This document shows, piece by piece, positions 22,082-31,213 of a stretch of DNA of 64,000 bases (its first letter is position 1; every line of letters begins with the position of its first letter). Source of the stretch: an uncultured Candidatus Saccharibacteria bacterium (GTDB lineage: Bacteria > Patescibacteriota > UBA1384 > DTJR01); assembly GCA_964487045.1 (NCBI GenBank), contig CAZAOT010000003.1, positions 136,983 through 200,982 on the forward strand. The letters run 5' to 3'. The notes beneath the pieces were generated by a model that was not told where the DNA came from, did no database searches, and worked only from the letters and a program-made list of their open reading frames with translations. A program made the translations under genes and the position numbers.

Positions 22082-22484
22082 AGAAACTACAGGTCAGAAT
22101 TTTATCTATTCTCAGATCGTTGAGGATCACTTTTTTAATCCCAGAAATGTCTTAAAAAGCGAAAAACAAGCCAATAATTTTGATTCAATTGGCGAAATTG
22201 GCTCACCTGCTTGTGGCGATGTGATGAGAGTATATTTAAAAATTGAAGACAATAAAATAGTTGATTTTAAGTGGAAGACTTTTGGCTGTGCCAGCGCTAT
22301 TGCTGCTACTTCGATTCTCTCTGAAATGGCAATAGGGATGAACATCGATGATGCCTACCTTATAACTGCAAACGATATTACTGAAGCTCTAGGCGGCCTA
22401 CCAAAGAGAAAAATCCATTGCTCAGTTCTCGGCGATCAAGCATTAAGGCTTGCAATCGATAATTATAAAAAGTCTAATTCTTAA
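22068..22484 (+). CDS. iscU: Fe-S cluster assembly scaffold protein (IscU/NifU-like)
   Basis: GSPACGDVMRVYLKI and FKTFGCASAIAATS motifs carry the conserved Cys ligands. Confidence 0.85.
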   Translation: MAEVKETTGQNFIYSQIVEDHFFNPRNVLKSEKQANNFDSIGEIGSPACGDVMRVYLKIEDNKIVDFKWKTFGCASAIAATSILSEMAIGMNIDDAYLITANDITEALGGLPKRKIHCSVLGDQALRLAIDNYKKSNS

Positions 22485-22526
22485 AGAACTCTTTATACTT
22501 ATCATCTTCTGATTTATACTATAAAG

Positions 22527-23417
22527 GTGATAATTTTTGATTTACTCGTACTTATAATCTTTCTTTCTTGTTATTTAGCAATCAGAAAGAAAAATCAATT
22601 TAATATATTCTCCGGAGCTGTCGCAATTTTGCTTGCAGATGTTGGAGCATCGATGATTGCGAAGCCAATTTTTAATCTCCTTTTAAAAAGTGGTTGGCAA
22701 AGTGAGTCTTATGTTACTGCTCTAATTTATCTAGTAATAATAATTTTACTTTGGGGTTTAATCTACGCGATAATCTCTAGTTTCAATATCAATTTTTCAA
22801 ATAATATTTCAAGGGTTATGGCGCTAGTAAGCGCCCTTCTAATATCTGTTGGGGTTGCCATTGCAGCTTGTTTTATTGCCAGCAATATAACTTCGAGTAG
22901 TAGTAATATTTATACTTGCCGCCTTTGCGCTAAAGCTATAAATTTTTATCTTCCTGAAGATCGTCGAGCGGCATTTGTGCCAGCTAATATGCAGGAAGTT
23001 TATAATTTGCCCAAAGATGCAAAAATAATCTATGAGGATACATCAGCTAAAGCAGAGCTTTTGCAGCTGGTCAATAACGAGAGGCTAAATGACCAAAGGC
23101 CAATACTTGTGGAAGACTTACGTCTAGCTGATTTGGCTCAAAACTATGCGAATTCGATGGTGGGATCATTGCGTTTTTCCCATATAGATGCTAATAATAA
23201 TACTCCGGACGTGAGAGCTAGACTTAGCAATATTGAATATGTCTTTTTAGGAGAGAACTTGGCAATCGCGCCAACGATTAAAATGGCCCACGATTCGCTG
23301 ATGGCTTCTCAGAATCATCGAAGTAATATTCTTTCTTCAAAATTTCAAAAGATAGGAGTCTCCTGCTATATGCTTTCAACCGGGTCATATATAATTGTTG
23401 AGGAATTTTCAAATTGA
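22527..23417 (+). CDS. membrane protein with C-terminal CAP (SCP/PR-1-like) domain
   Basis: TTG start and several transmembrane helices. The C-terminal HRSNILSSKFQKIGVSC and LGENLA motifs are typical of the CAP domain. Confidence 0.5.
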   Translation: MIIFDLLVLIIFLSCYLAIRKKNQFNIFSGAVAILLADVGASMIAKPIFNLLLKSGWQSESYVTALIYLVIIILLWGLIYAIISSFNINFSNNISRVMALVSALLISVGVAIAACFIASNITSSSSNIYTCRLCAKAINFYLPEDRRAAFVPANMQEVYNLPKDAKIIYEDTSAKAELLQLVNNERLNDQRPILVEDLRLADLAQNYANSMVGSLRFSHIDANNNTPDVRARLSNIEYVFLGENLAIAPTIKMAHDSLMASQNHRSNILSSKFQKIGVSCYMLSTGSYIIVEEFSN

Positions 23418-24181
23418 TTAAGTTACTGGGTCAACCAATTGCAGATGAGATCAAAGCGGATCTTATGAAGCGCTCTAAGCCAGAGGGTGTATTAGCAGTT
23501 GTCCAAATCGGTGATGATCCGGTTAGTTCTTTGTATATAAAAAAGAAACAAGAATTTGCCAAAGAAGTTGGAGTTAAGCTAGAGGTGATTAGCTCTACAG
23601 CTGAGTCAGCTAAGTTGGATGTAGAAAATTTAGCAACAAGAGGCGATATTAAAGGAATAATTATCCAGTTGCCAATTCCAGCGTCAATTGATCGTGAGGA
23701 GATTCTTAGGTTGATACCAAAGGAAAAAGATGTTGATGGCTTCAGGTATATTATCGGTGACGATTATATATCTACTCCGCCAACGGTTCTTGCAATTGAC
23801 GAGGTGTTTAAGCATTATGACATATCGCTTGAAAGCGGGGTTTTAATTGTGGGGGGAGGCTTCTTGGTTGGTAAGCCACTTTATAAGTTTTTGAAAGAAA
23901 AAGGAATCAGTGTTTTTGAACTAGGCAAAGGGGATGATGATTATGAACAAACTTTGAAAAGCCATAAGGTTGTGGTTGTCGCTACTGGTGGAGGACGCTA
24001 TTTTGAACAATCTGAGTTTCAGGAAAATAGCTATGTTATCGATGCATCGACCGTTCAGGAGGAGAATAAAATTAGAGGAGATGTTTCAGCAGAAGGCAAT
24101 TTAATTAATCTTTGTCCGGTTCCTGGTGGAGTCGGACCAATAACAGTATCGATGCTTTTTAAAAATTTTTTTGATCTATAA
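23414..24181 (+). CDS. folD: bifunctional methylenetetrahydrofolate dehydrogenase/cyclohydrolase
   Basis: 255 aa with the C-terminal PVPGGVGPITVSML motif. Confidence 0.8.
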   Translation: MIKLLGQPIADEIKADLMKRSKPEGVLAVVQIGDDPVSSLYIKKKQEFAKEVGVKLEVISSTAESAKLDVENLATRGDIKGIIIQLPIPASIDREEILRLIPKEKDVDGFRYIIGDDYISTPPTVLAIDEVFKHYDISLESGVLIVGGGFLVGKPLYKFLKEKGISVFELGKGDDDYEQTLKSHKVVVVATGGGRYFEQSEFQENSYVIDASTVQEENKIRGDVSAEGNLINLCPVPGGVGPITVSMLFKNFFDL

Positions 24182-24219
24182 AATTAGAAAAAATATAAAC
24201 TACCTGCTAAACTAGGCGT

Positions 24220-25386
24220 ATGAATAAGTTGCAAAGAGCTCGTTTTTTATTTGTCATTTCGCTAGCTTTAGCAATTGGAGTTTCCGCTGGCTCAGGATTT
24301 ATTGCAGGTGAATATTACCAGAAAAAAATTGCATCCAAGCAAACATTAGACGGAGTTGATTTTAAGATTTTTTGGGACGCATACAACGAACTGAAGCAAA
24401 AATATGTTGGTCAGGTTGATCCGCAGAAGTATCTCTACGGAGCTATAAACGGAGGCTATTCCTCTACCGGCGATCCTTATACTATTTTTATGCCACCGGA
24501 GTTGTCAGATGAATTCCAGAAAGATCTTTCTGGCGAACTTGAGGGGGTTGGGTTAAAGCTTGGCACTCTTGATTCGCTTCCGACAGTTATTGCTCCAATT
24601 GCAGACTCTCCGGCCGATAAAGCAGGTATAAAGCCTAAGGATAAGATTTTGAAAGTTGATGATTTTGTGACTGAAAATAAAATCCTTGATGAAGTAGTCA
24701 GCAAGATTAGAGGTAAGGCTGGCACGAAAGTTAAGCTATTAATTTTAAAAGCTGGTACAAGTGATACCAAAGAAGTGGAATTAACTAGAGAAAAAATTGA
24801 AGTTAAAAGCGTTGAAGTAAAATACATAGGCGATACGGCGGTCATAGCTATAAATGAATTTGGTACGTATTCATCACAGGAATTTGAAAAAATTTACAAA
24901 GAAGCATCGGCTAAGCCTGTTAAAAAGGTTGTTCTAGATATGAGGGGAGATCCTGGTGGACTGCTAAATAGCGCGGTTGAAATTGCTGAATATTTCTTGA
25001 AGGAAGGTCAGACGATCGTTATTGAACAGGGCAATAATGTGCGTCAGGAGGAGAAGGTTAGAACGGAGCGCGGATGGCAGGATATAAAACTTTCAGTACT
25101 GGTAGATGAGGGAAGTGCCTCGGCAAGTGAGATATTAGCTGGCGCAATCAAGGACAATAATCGGGGTAAGATAATTGGCTTGAAGACATTTGGCAAAGGA
25201 ACGGTCCAGGAGTTGTCGCCATTTCCAGATGGAAGCTCATCTAAGATTACTATTTCCAAATGGCTTACGCCAAAGGGTACTGATATAAATAAAGATGGTA
25301 TCGAACCTGATATAAAGGTTGATGCGTCTGATAATCCTAATTTCGACAGCAATGATCCTCAGCTAAATAAAGCTTTGAGTAACTAA
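24220..25386 (+). CDS. ctpA: carboxyl-terminal processing protease (S41 family) with PDZ domain
   Basis: GVGLKLG PDZ domain plus the S41 motifs DMRGDPGGLL and LVDEGSASASE. Confidence 0.85.
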   Translation: MNKLQRARFLFVISLALAIGVSAGSGFIAGEYYQKKIASKQTLDGVDFKIFWDAYNELKQKYVGQVDPQKYLYGAINGGYSSTGDPYTIFMPPELSDEFQKDLSGELEGVGLKLGTLDSLPTVIAPIADSPADKAGIKPKDKILKVDDFVTENKILDEVVSKIRGKAGTKVKLLILKAGTSDTKEVELTREKIEVKSVEVKYIGDTAVIAINEFGTYSSQEFEKIYKEASAKPVKKVVLDMRGDPGGLLNSAVEIAEYFLKEGQTIVIEQGNNVRQEEKVRTERGWQDIKLSVLVDEGSASASEILAGAIKDNNRGKIIGLKTFGKGTVQELSPFPDGSSSKITISKWLTPKGTDINKDGIEPDIKVDASDNPNFDSNDPQLNKALSN

Positions 25387-25441
25387 CAAGCACGATTCTT
25401 GCTATAATAATATTGTGGTATGATTACTTAGAGGAGGGCTA

Positions 25442-26731
25442 ATGGCCGATAATTTAAATGTACAAAACGATCCTGGACAAGCTTCAGGAGCAGGAAGTTC
25501 ACCACTTGGGAGCGAACCAACTAATTCACCGTTAGAACAGTCTAGCGTTCCCCAGGGGGCTCCACCAGAGCAACCGATGGGGCAAGCTGCTCCACCGGTT
25601 GAATCTCAGAATTTAGGGGAATCGTCTACTCCACCGAATACTGATGAGTTTTTAAATTCTATCTTGCAGCAACAGCCACAAGCACCGGCCACTCCAGATG
25701 TTTCAGCTCCTCCAGTTTCCCCCGATGCTCCTCCTGTAGCTCCAGGTGCTGCTGGTCCAATCCCAACCGAACCGGCCCCTCCACTTAATAATCCCTTGGA
25801 ACCTCAGGTGCCTGAACCAGGACCAATTAATAATCCTCTCCAACCACAGGAAAATCCTATGCCAGAGCCACCTGCACCTGCACCCGAACCAGCTCCGGCT
25901 CCAATGCCTGAACCAACACCAATGGAGCCGCCTGCTCCGGAGATGCCTGCTGAGCCTCCCGTTATGAATCAACCTTCTGGCGGTCTTTCTGATGGGGTTT
26001 CGCTAGATGGTGTGCAATCTGCACCGACTCCGGCTGCTCCTCAGCCACCAGCTGACGGTTCAGTTTCTACGAATATGTTTTCTCAAACACCTCAGGCAAG
26101 TGGTGGCTCAGGAATGAAGAAGCTGATTTTGATCGTTCTGGCTTTAATCGTCCTGGGTGGAGGCTATTATGCATACACCGTTTTTATGGGTGGTAGCTCA
26201 ACAAGCAATTCCGCTACTAAGAGTGTAACTCCTGGAGCAACCAAGACATCATCTTCTTCAACGGCCACAAATGCCAAGGACTCTCAGCGAAAAACAGACC
26301 TAGCGGTTATAAAAGATGCTTTGATGAATTATTATGCCGGAAGCAACCAATATCCTGTTGCTGCTCAGCTGACAATGCTTAATGTCGCTGGTAATATTTT
26401 GGAACAGCAACTTATACCTAATTTCTTAGCCAAGCTTCCTTCTGACCCTGACTCTACGAAAGCATACGGCTATAAGTCAGACGGAATGACCTTTACTCTT
26501 AGCGCCGTTCTTGACAATAGTAGTGATCCTGATGCAGTATTAGAGAACGGAAAGGCAATCTACCAATTAACCTCGAGCAGTTCTTCGGCGACAGGAGCAT
26601 CAGCTTCGGCTAGCTCTTCAATCGTAGTTAGCACACCATCAACTTTCGCTCCTTCGGCAGGAACAGTAGATGATGCGCAGACTGCAACAGCAACCTCTAA
26701 CGTTCCGCCAACCCTAAATAGCAACTTTTAA
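25442..26731 (+). CDS. proline-rich membrane protein with pilin-like (prepilin/pseudopilin beta-domain-like) C-terminus
   Basis: 429-aa ORF. About 220 aa of Pro-rich low complexity precede a transmembrane helix (MKKLILIVLALIVLGG, internal Met at 26114). This is followed by KTDLAVIKDALMNYYAGSNQYP...LPSDPDSTKAYGYKSDGMTFTLSAVLDN, which resembles type IV pilin / GspG C-domains. The start site is uncertain. Confidence 0.4.
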   Translation: MADNLNVQNDPGQASGAGSSPLGSEPTNSPLEQSSVPQGAPPEQPMGQAAPPVESQNLGESSTPPNTDEFLNSILQQQPQAPATPDVSAPPVSPDAPPVAPGAAGPIPTEPAPPLNNPLEPQVPEPGPINNPLQPQENPMPEPPAPAPEPAPAPMPEPTPMEPPAPEMPAEPPVMNQPSGGLSDGVSLDGVQSAPTPAAPQPPADGSVSTNMFSQTPQASGGSGMKKLILIVLALIVLGGGYYAYTVFMGGSSTSNSATKSVTPGATKTSSSSTATNAKDSQRKTDLAVIKDALMNYYAGSNQYPVAAQLTMLNVAGNILEQQLIPNFLAKLPSDPDSTKAYGYKSDGMTFTLSAVLDNSSDPDAVLENGKAIYQLTSSSSSATGASASASSSIVVSTPSTFAPSAGTVDDAQTATATSNVPPTLNSNF

Positions 26732-26742
26732 AAAGGTATAAA

Positions 26743-27306
26743 ATGAATATAGTTTGGGTTATCCTAATTGTTATAGGGATTATCGTTCTCTATCTCGTCT
26801 TTGCCTATAATTCACTTATTACTCTAAAGACCCGTGCGGAAGAAGCATGGAGTGATATTAGTGTTCAGTTGAAAAGGCGATATGATCTGATTCCAAATCT
26901 TGTAGCTTCAGTAAAAGGCTATGCGAAGCATGAGAAAGAATTATTTGAGAATGTTACTAAGGCCAGAGTTTCGGCGATGGAAGCTAAGGATATTAAGGAC
27001 AAGGAGAAAGCTGAGAACCAACTTTCGGAAAGTCTTAAATCAATTTTTGCAGTTGCAGAAAATTATCCCAACCTTCGTGCAAATGAAAACTTTTTAGCGC
27101 TGCAGGGAGAGCTAACTGACACTGAAAACAAGATAGAAGCTTCAAGGCGATTTTATAATGCCAATGTCAGAGACCTCAATATTAGAATCCAATCCTTTCC
27201 TAGTAATATAATTGCGAATATGTTCAAGTTTGAATCAAAGCAGTTATTTGAAGTCGAGGCCAGTCAAAAAGAAGCGATCGAAAAAGCACCAAAAGTTGAG
27301 ATTTAG
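26743..27306 (+). CDS. lemA: LemA-family membrane protein
   Basis: N-terminal transmembrane helix followed by YNSLITLKTRAEEAWSDISVQLKRRYDLIPNLV, which is diagnostic of LemA. Confidence 0.85.
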   Translation: MNIVWVILIVIGIIVLYLVFAYNSLITLKTRAEEAWSDISVQLKRRYDLIPNLVASVKGYAKHEKELFENVTKARVSAMEAKDIKDKEKAENQLSESLKSIFAVAENYPNLRANENFLALQGELTDTENKIEASRRFYNANVRDLNIRIQSFPSNIIANMFKFESKQLFEVEASQKEAIEKAPKVEI

Positions 27307-27309
27307 TAA

Positions 27310-27786
27310 ATGAAGAAGATAATTATTATTGCAGGCGCTCTGATAGTAATTGTTGGAGGGTTCTTTCTGATAAGAAGTAATTCTTCTAATTCTTCAAAGA
27401 AATACAGTGAAAATATAACCGATGAAGGATTTAGTATCTCGACTGGTGGTGGCTCAATTAGTGGCAAATATGAAGATCCAGACAAGCTTAACCTCGGTTT
27501 GAGTGTCTACTCGGGAGCGATTCTCGCTGGAGATCAAAAGTCGGCCGGAAATTTTAACCTTAATGGTGTCAAGCTTACTTCGGCTACATATCAGACTGAT
27601 GATTCTAGGGAGAAGGTGGAGGATTTCTATGCTAAACAATTTGGTTCTGACCTGCAGAAAGGCGAGATAATCAGTGGAGATAAAACATATAAATTATTTA
27701 AGTCAAAGACAAATGCCAATTCTGCAATGGTTAATATATGGACTCAAGACAATATAACCTATTTCACAATCTTTAAAACGAGCTAA
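27310..27786 (+). CDS. membrane-anchored hypothetical protein
   Basis: 158 aa with an N-terminal transmembrane helix. Confidence 0.4.
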   Translation: MKKIIIIAGALIVIVGGFFLIRSNSSNSSKKYSENITDEGFSISTGGGSISGKYEDPDKLNLGLSVYSGAILAGDQKSAGNFNLNGVKLTSATYQTDDSREKVEDFYAKQFGSDLQKGEIISGDKTYKLFKSKTNANSAMVNIWTQDNITYFTIFKTS

Positions 27787-27793
27787 GCAAAAT

Positions 27794-28672
27794 ATGTACA
27801 ACCAGATAAGCGCTAACAAACGCAATTCAATTTTGATAATTTTCATTTTCTTGATCTTCGTAATTTTTGTTGGTTACTTTCTATCTAGATATTATAATTC
27901 TCCAGGTATTTTGGCGTTCGCAGTGATTTTTTCGATCGTTCAAGCTTTAGTTTCGTATTATCAATCAGATAAAATTGCCTTGTTGGCTGCTGGCGCAGTT
28001 GAAGCGCCAAGGGATAAATATATTGAGCTTCATCGGATAGTCGAGAATCTCTCGATTACTTCCGGAATTGTTCAGCCGAGAATTTACATAATTAATGATC
28101 TCTCGCCAAATGCTTTTGCGACAGGACGAGATCCTAAGCACTCAGCTTTGGCAGTCACGACAGGACTGCTTGAAAAGCTTAACAAGACTGAGCTTGAAGG
28201 TGTAATCGCTCATGAACTTAGTCATATCGGTAACTATGACATCAGACTGATGACAATCGTTGTAGTTTTGGTTGGAATTATTGCCCTTATCTCTGATTGG
28301 GGTATGAGGGCATTTTTTTGGCGAGATCGAGATGAAAATTCCAATTCTGGCTATATGGTTTTAATCGCTCTCGCACTGTATATTTTTGCACCTATTTCGG
28401 CGATGCTTATTCAGCTTGCTGTTTCTAGAAAGCGAGAATACTTGGCTGACGCTTCAGGAGTGCTTCTGACCAGATATCCTGAAGGCTTGGCCTCGGCTCT
28501 TGAAAAATTGGCTTCTTCGAAGCCACTCACTCGTCAAAATAGAGCAATTGCTCACTTATATATATCTGAGCCATCGGGCAATAATAAAAAAGAGCAGTCT
28601 TGGCTCGTGACTGCTTTCTCGACTCATCCACCGATTCAAGACAGGATCAAAAAACTAAGAAAAATGGCCTAA
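27794..28672 (+). CDS. htpX: HtpX-like M48 zinc metalloprotease
   Basis: HELSHIGNYD zinc motif (HExxH) and a membrane topology typical of HtpX. Confidence 0.85.
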   Translation: MYNQISANKRNSILIIFIFLIFVIFVGYFLSRYYNSPGILAFAVIFSIVQALVSYYQSDKIALLAAGAVEAPRDKYIELHRIVENLSITSGIVQPRIYIINDLSPNAFATGRDPKHSALAVTTGLLEKLNKTELEGVIAHELSHIGNYDIRLMTIVVVLVGIIALISDWGMRAFFWRDRDENSNSGYMVLIALALYIFAPISAMLIQLAVSRKREYLADASGVLLTRYPEGLASALEKLASSKPLTRQNRAIAHLYISEPSGNNKKEQSWLVTAFSTHPPIQDRIKKLRKMA

Positions 28673-28679
28673 AAAGGGA

Positions 28680-29070
28680 AAGACCCGGGCGAGGCCGGGT
28701 CTGGTGAAGTCGTGATGCCTGGTCTAACCAGGCCTGGTTTGGTGAAACGCCCTGGGGAGGGCTTTCGAACGGTCGTCCTTGTTCCCTAGCGATCATGCCG
28801 GGTCAAGGGGTTGCAGGCGTTGAGCATATCTACTGGCGATCCGGTGTTCTTACCCGGGCGCTTTCGGTGCTCGCGGCACAGCGTGCGGCCTGAGGCCGCT
28901 TTGTGATGTAGCCTCGAGAGGCTACTATGGGTTCGGCTGCATGTTCTTCGTCTTGCGCGCGTGTCCTACCGGACTTACATGCCACGCCCTGAAAGCCAGG
29001 GCTTCGAACGCCACGCTCCGCATGATGCGGAGGTTCAACTTGTCCCACAGAGACAGCTAGCCCTCCCCAA
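28680..29070 (-). ncRNA. rnpB: probable RNase P RNA (bacterial type A-like)
   Basis: A roughly 390-nt GC-rich (about 60%) block in an AT-rich genome with no credible ORF. The minus strand carries, in canonical order, AAGUCCGG (P4 5' strand; rc of 28969-28976), CCAUAG, GAAAGCGCCCGGGUAAGA (cf. GGUAAGAGCGCACC) and CAGACCCGGCCU (cf. ACAGAACCCGGCUUA; P4 3' strand) about 280 nt downstream. A hairpin plus U-tract follows at the 3' end. Confidence 0.55.
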
Positions 29071-29115
29071 GGCTTAAACATATAGTATTACAACTCTTTA
29101 ATTTGTCAAGACCCT

Positions 29116-29124
29116 TGATATAAT
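29116..29124 (+). promoter_or_regulatory. extended -10 element TGATATAAT upstream of ligA
   Basis: TGnTATAAT ends 6 nt before the ligA ATG and no Shine-Dalgarno sequence lies between them. This suggests a leaderless or very short-leader transcript. Confidence 0.35.
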
Positions 29125-29130
29125 GGCCAT

Positions 29131-31152
29131 ATGGAAAAGGAAGAAGCCAAAAGTAGAATTGAGGTCTTAAAAAAAGAAATCGACCAAAATCGATATCTTT
29201 ATCATGCTCTCGATAAGCCTCGAGTATCAGATGCTGTTGATGATTCGCTAAAGAGAGAATTAGCAAAATTAGAAGAGCAATATCCTGAGCTAATAACTAT
29301 TGATTCTCCTACTCAGCGTGTTGGAGGAAAAGCACTGGATAAATTTGCAAAACTGACCCATAAAAAACCAATGCTATCGTTAAACGACGTTTTTTCAGCA
29401 GAAGAATTCAAGGCTTGGGAAGACAGGATTGCTAAGTTAGTTGGCAGAGACAAGATCAGCCAAGCTGGATATTACGGGGAAGTTAAGATGGATGGACTAG
29501 CCGTTACGCTTCTTTATGAAAATGGTATTTTTGTCCAAGGGGCCACGAGAGGTGATGGAAAAATTGGGGAGGATGTCACAAACAATTTGAAAACAATTGA
29601 ATCGATTCCGCTTAAATTGCGAGCATTAGCGAGTCATCCCGAACTTGTTTCGGGATCTTTAGAGATCCGTGGGGAAATCTATATCGATAAAAAAGATTTT
29701 GAGGATATTAACGATTTACAGAGAAAAAATGGTGGTCAAGTTTTTGCTAATCCAAGAAATTTAGCAGCAGGATCTATCCGTCAGCTCGACCCTAAAATTG
29801 CTGCTTCTCGTAAATTAAAGTTTATGATGTATGCTATTTCGACCGATCTTGGCGCACAAAAGCACTCTGAGGAGCATGAGATCGCAAGCCAACTTGGCTT
29901 TAACGCAAATATTAAAACAAACAAAATTTGTTTAAGCGCTGAAGAAGTAATTGATTTTTATGGTGAGCTTTCAAAAAAACGAGAAGATTTACCCTATCAG
30001 ATAGATGGTTTGGTTATCGGTGTAAATGATAAGAAAGTATTTGAAAGACTTGGCGTCGTTGGAAAAGCGCCCCGCGGCCAGATTGCTTTTAAATTTGCAG
30101 CCGAGGAAGCAACAAGCGTTATCAAAGACATAATTGTACAAGTGGGGAGAACCGGCAAGCTTACTCCGGTTGCTGTTATGGAGCCGACCGTAGTTGCCGG
30201 GTCAACCGTCTCGCGGGCGACACTACACAATGCTGATGAAATCAAAAGGAAAGATATCAAAATTGACGACACGGTGATTATTAGAAAAGCTGGTGACGTG
30301 ATCCCGGAGGTTGTGGAGCCAATTACCAGAATGCGCACTGGTAAAGAGCAAGAATTTAAGATGCCGAGCTGTTGTCCGATTTGCGGTGGTAAAGTAATCA
30401 AACGCGAAGGGGAAGTTGACTGGTATTGCTCTGATCGAAACTGCTCGGTAAGGGAGCTTAGACAGCTTAATCATTTTGTTTCTAAAGGTGCCTTTGAAAT
30501 AGATGGCCTTGGCCCGAAAATTGTAGAGCAGCTAGTGGCCGAAGGCCTAATCAAAGATGCTTCAGATATTTTCGAACTGACAGAAGGCGATTTACAGCCA
30601 CTTGAAAGATTTGCCGAAAAGTCTGCCCAAAATTTAGTTGAATCAATCCAGTCATCGAAAGAGATTGATCTAGATAGATTTATTTATGCACTTGGAATTA
30701 GACATGTTGGTGATCAGATGGCTACCGACTTAGCTAAACAATTTGGAAATTTACATGATTTTGTTTCATGCAAAAAAGAGGACTTAGATAAAATGTATGG
30801 AATAGGGGAGAAGGTGGCTAGCTCGGTAATAGAATTTTTGTCTGACGAGAAAGGTAAGCAATTAATCGCAAATCTGATTGATAAGGGTGTGAAGGTTAAT
30901 AATTATCACTCCCCTGTCAGAAAAAATGTTTTAAACGGAAAGAGCTTTGTTGTCACTGGTTCGCTCGAATCTATGGCTCGAGATGAAGCTCATAAGAAAA
31001 TAATTCAGCTAGGTGGGGTCATTTCTTCTTCGGTAAGTTCAAAAACAGATTATTTGGTAGCCGGAGAAGATCCCGGCTCAAAACTCGAAAAGGCTCAAAA
31101 GTTCGGTACTAAAATTTTGAGCGAAAAAGAATTTTTAGATCTGGTTAAATAA
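29131..31152 (+). CDS. ligA: NAD-dependent DNA ligase
   Basis: 673 aa with an adenylation-domain KxDG motif (EVKMDGLAV), the Zn finger CCPICGGKV...C..C, HhH and a C-terminal BRCT domain. Confidence 0.95.
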   Translation: MEKEEAKSRIEVLKKEIDQNRYLYHALDKPRVSDAVDDSLKRELAKLEEQYPELITIDSPTQRVGGKALDKFAKLTHKKPMLSLNDVFSAEEFKAWEDRIAKLVGRDKISQAGYYGEVKMDGLAVTLLYENGIFVQGATRGDGKIGEDVTNNLKTIESIPLKLRALASHPELVSGSLEIRGEIYIDKKDFEDINDLQRKNGGQVFANPRNLAAGSIRQLDPKIAASRKLKFMMYAISTDLGAQKHSEEHEIASQLGFNANIKTNKICLSAEEVIDFYGELSKKREDLPYQIDGLVIGVNDKKVFERLGVVGKAPRGQIAFKFAAEEATSVIKDIIVQVGRTGKLTPVAVMEPTVVAGSTVSRATLHNADEIKRKDIKIDDTVIIRKAGDVIPEVVEPITRMRTGKEQEFKMPSCCPICGGKVIKREGEVDWYCSDRNCSVRELRQLNHFVSKGAFEIDGLGPKIVEQLVAEGLIKDASDIFELTEGDLQPLERFAEKSAQNLVESIQSSKEIDLDRFIYALGIRHVGDQMATDLAKQFGNLHDFVSCKKEDLDKMYGIGEKVASSVIEFLSDEKGKQLIANLIDKGVKVNNYHSPVRKNVLNGKSFVVTGSLESMARDEAHKKIIQLGGVISSSVSSKTDYLVAGEDPGSKLEKAQKFGTKILSEKEFLDLVK

Positions 31153-31213
31153 TTAGATACTATTTATTTTACTCCTGTTTTAAGGTAAGCTAAGACTAAT
31201 AAAAAGGAGTCTT

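Noticed and set aside
25442-26113. Treating the Pro-rich N-terminal 220 aa as noncoding, with the gene starting at 26114
   Set aside because: Not fully rejected. The region is in-frame and codon-rich in Pro, so it may be real. It is flagged as a start-site uncertainty rather than split into separate features.
29100-29130. TTGTCA as a -35 hexamer for ligA
   Set aside because: It lies only 10 nt upstream of the TATAAT, which is too short a spacer. The extended -10 interpretation fits better.
28830-29266. ORFs 28830-29081 (minus strand, 83 aa) and 29057-29266 (minus strand, 69 aa)
   Set aside because: They lie within or overlap the probable RNase P RNA and the ligA start, and their GC-rich Arg/Ala-rich composition is typical of spurious frames.
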